A DNA stretch of 26,420 nucleotides, from positions 1 to 26,420 of the forward strand of contig JBBCAW010000026.1 in NCBI GenBank assembly GCA_051382295.1. Reading direction: 5' to 3'. The DNA is from Bdellovibrionota bacterium FG-1 (GTDB lineage Bacteria > Bdellovibrionota > UBA1018). Under the pieces are notes generated by a model. The model did not search any database. It saw only the letters and a list, made by a program, of their open reading frames with translations, and had not been told where the DNA came from. How positions within the stretch are numbered: position 1 is the first letter of the stretch; each line of letters begins with the position of its first letter. Of the stretch, positions 25,204 to 26,420 are shown in pieces. The position numbers and the translations under genes are program-made.

Positions 25204-26028
25204 CTACACCCTGAAAAAATCCATTCCCAGACAAAATACCGCTTCCTCCGTCGATGCGCGAATGGTGGGTTCGAGCTGTTCGAGCATTTTTAAAATATTG
25301 GACCTGATTTTAATCGCATCTTCCTCGGAGATGCTGATCGGACCGGAAAAGAATAGATCCTCTTGCGAACGCCGGTCCAGCGCTTGAATGGATCGCATCC
25401 GCCAATTTGCATGATGTTTTGAAATCATCGGAGAATCTTTTCCCAAATGAAGTCTGGTGGTTCCTGCCTTGAAGCGGGCACCATCCTGGATCGCCATGCC
25501 GGTGGAAACCAGAAAGTCGAGTGACTCAGAAACCAAATTGAGCGGCAAGCTGAGATGCCGCGCAATTTCGGCCGGCGTTTGGAACTGCGGGACGGTAATG
25601 AGGATGTGGATCGCCGAGAAATACCACGCGCTATAGTAAGTCATTTGGTTTTCCTTGGAGAGTTCCTGTTTGACTTGGATGCGCTCCCGAATCTGCTCCC
25701 GTTTTTCTTGTATCTGGCGGATCTGCTTTAAGTAGTGGGCCTCTAGCTCTTTGGACCCAGCGCGAGCGTACTGGACCAAGAGCACGAAGAAGTCGCCCTC
25801 CATTTCAGTATGTTGAATAAAATGGTTAATAATAACCGCGTGCTCCGGGCTGAAATCCGCCGGTCCGCTAATCACCCTAGAGATAAACGAAGATTGGCAT
25901 CGTAAAGCCGCCCCGAGTTTGGAACGCAATCCCCGCTGCTCTCCGGAGGTGGGAAGAGCTTTTTTGAGATATTTTTTGTAATCGATGTACTCAAAAATAT
26001 CGGTATTTTTTATCATAATATCAATCAT
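25204..26028 (-). CDS. TIGR02147 / DUF4423 family protein (HTH-containing); start 26028 or 26016
   Basis: IFEYIDYKKYLK, LRCQSSFISRVISG HTH, YYSAWYFSAIH, HHANWR..SI, C-terminal VFCLGMDFF. Confidence 0.88.
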   Translation of the reverse strand: MIDIMIKNTDIFEYIDYKKYLKKALPTSGEQRGLRSKLGAALRCQSSFISRVISGPADFSPEHAVIINHFIQHTEMEGDFFVLLVQYARAGSKELEAHYLKQIRQIQEKREQIRERIQVKQELSKENQMTYYSAWYFSAIHILITVPQFQTPAEIARHLSLPLNLVSESLDFLVSTGMAIQDGARFKAGTTRLHLGKDSPMISKHHANWRMRSIQALDRRSQEDLFFSGPISISEEDAIKIRSNILKMLEQLEPTIRASTEEAVFCLGMDFFRV

Positions 26029-26224
26029 ATAGGAGACAACTTAACTAAACGATCAATAAGTGGCGGTATTTTTGATTAAAAATACGTACTCATGAATGAT
26101 CCGTCGCGTTATATCTCGCTTTGTAAACAAAGCCTGAATAGGCCAATGGGTTAATTAGTTGACTAATTAGGTCAAATATAATACGACGTGCAAGATGTTT
26201 TTCTCACGTCTTTGGAGATGAAAA

Positions 26225-26420
26225 ATGGAAATAGCAAATATTGGGAAAAAAGTAGCTCTGGTCCTTTCGAGTGCGCTCCTGTTTTCGATGCCAACTCCCT
26301 TATCCCATTGGTGCTGGCACGCCTTATTGACCGGACGCCTTCTTCATGCATGGCGAGCTGCTCCGACCAGTTTAAATCAGACAAAAGTAACGGCCGCAAA
26401 ATTAAGATTTATCAGAATTA
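26225..26420 (+). CDS. Possible 5' part of a secreted protein running off the window
   Basis: GGAG SD at 26214-26217; MEIANIGKKVALVLSSALLFSMP is signal-like; open to the window end; divergent from TIGR02147. Confidence 0.35.
   Translation, partial: MEIANIGKKVALVLSSALLFSMPTPLSHWCWHALLTGRLLHAWRAAPTSLNQTKVTAAKLRFIRI

Overview
Bacterial DNA, most likely Bdellovibrionota (inferred from the TIGR02147/DUF4423 gene and the style of the secreted hypothetical proteins). From left to right: a PAS histidine kinase; a CusCBA-type Cu/Ag RND efflux operon plus a DUF3347-like gene (minus strand); a divergent two-gene operon of a type Ia-like ParA and a 634-aa winged-helix protein; a convergent HicB-like/BldC-like regulator with 4 x 9-bp direct repeats over its promoter; an OMP-like protein; a GT-C-like membrane protein; a secreted His-Cys protein; fadA-fadB-yciH; an NfnA-NfnB fusion with a Cys-rich/rubrerythrin-like tail; a nucleotidyltransferase-RHH pair; a decaying cluster of small membrane proteins; a truncated HExxH protein; and a TIGR02147 protein. 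The standout is the parA-partner gene (8869-10773). It contains about 39 copies of an 11-bp DNA repeat (consensus AAGTCRGTGCR) in 7 tandem arrays, a perfect DnaA box (TTATCCACA, 9650-9658) between two arrays, and an AT-rich tract after the last array. No ParB gene is present. I infer a compact, apparently uncharacterised replication/partition module of a plasmid, chromid or integrated replicon, with iteron/centromere DNA written inside the initiator gene.
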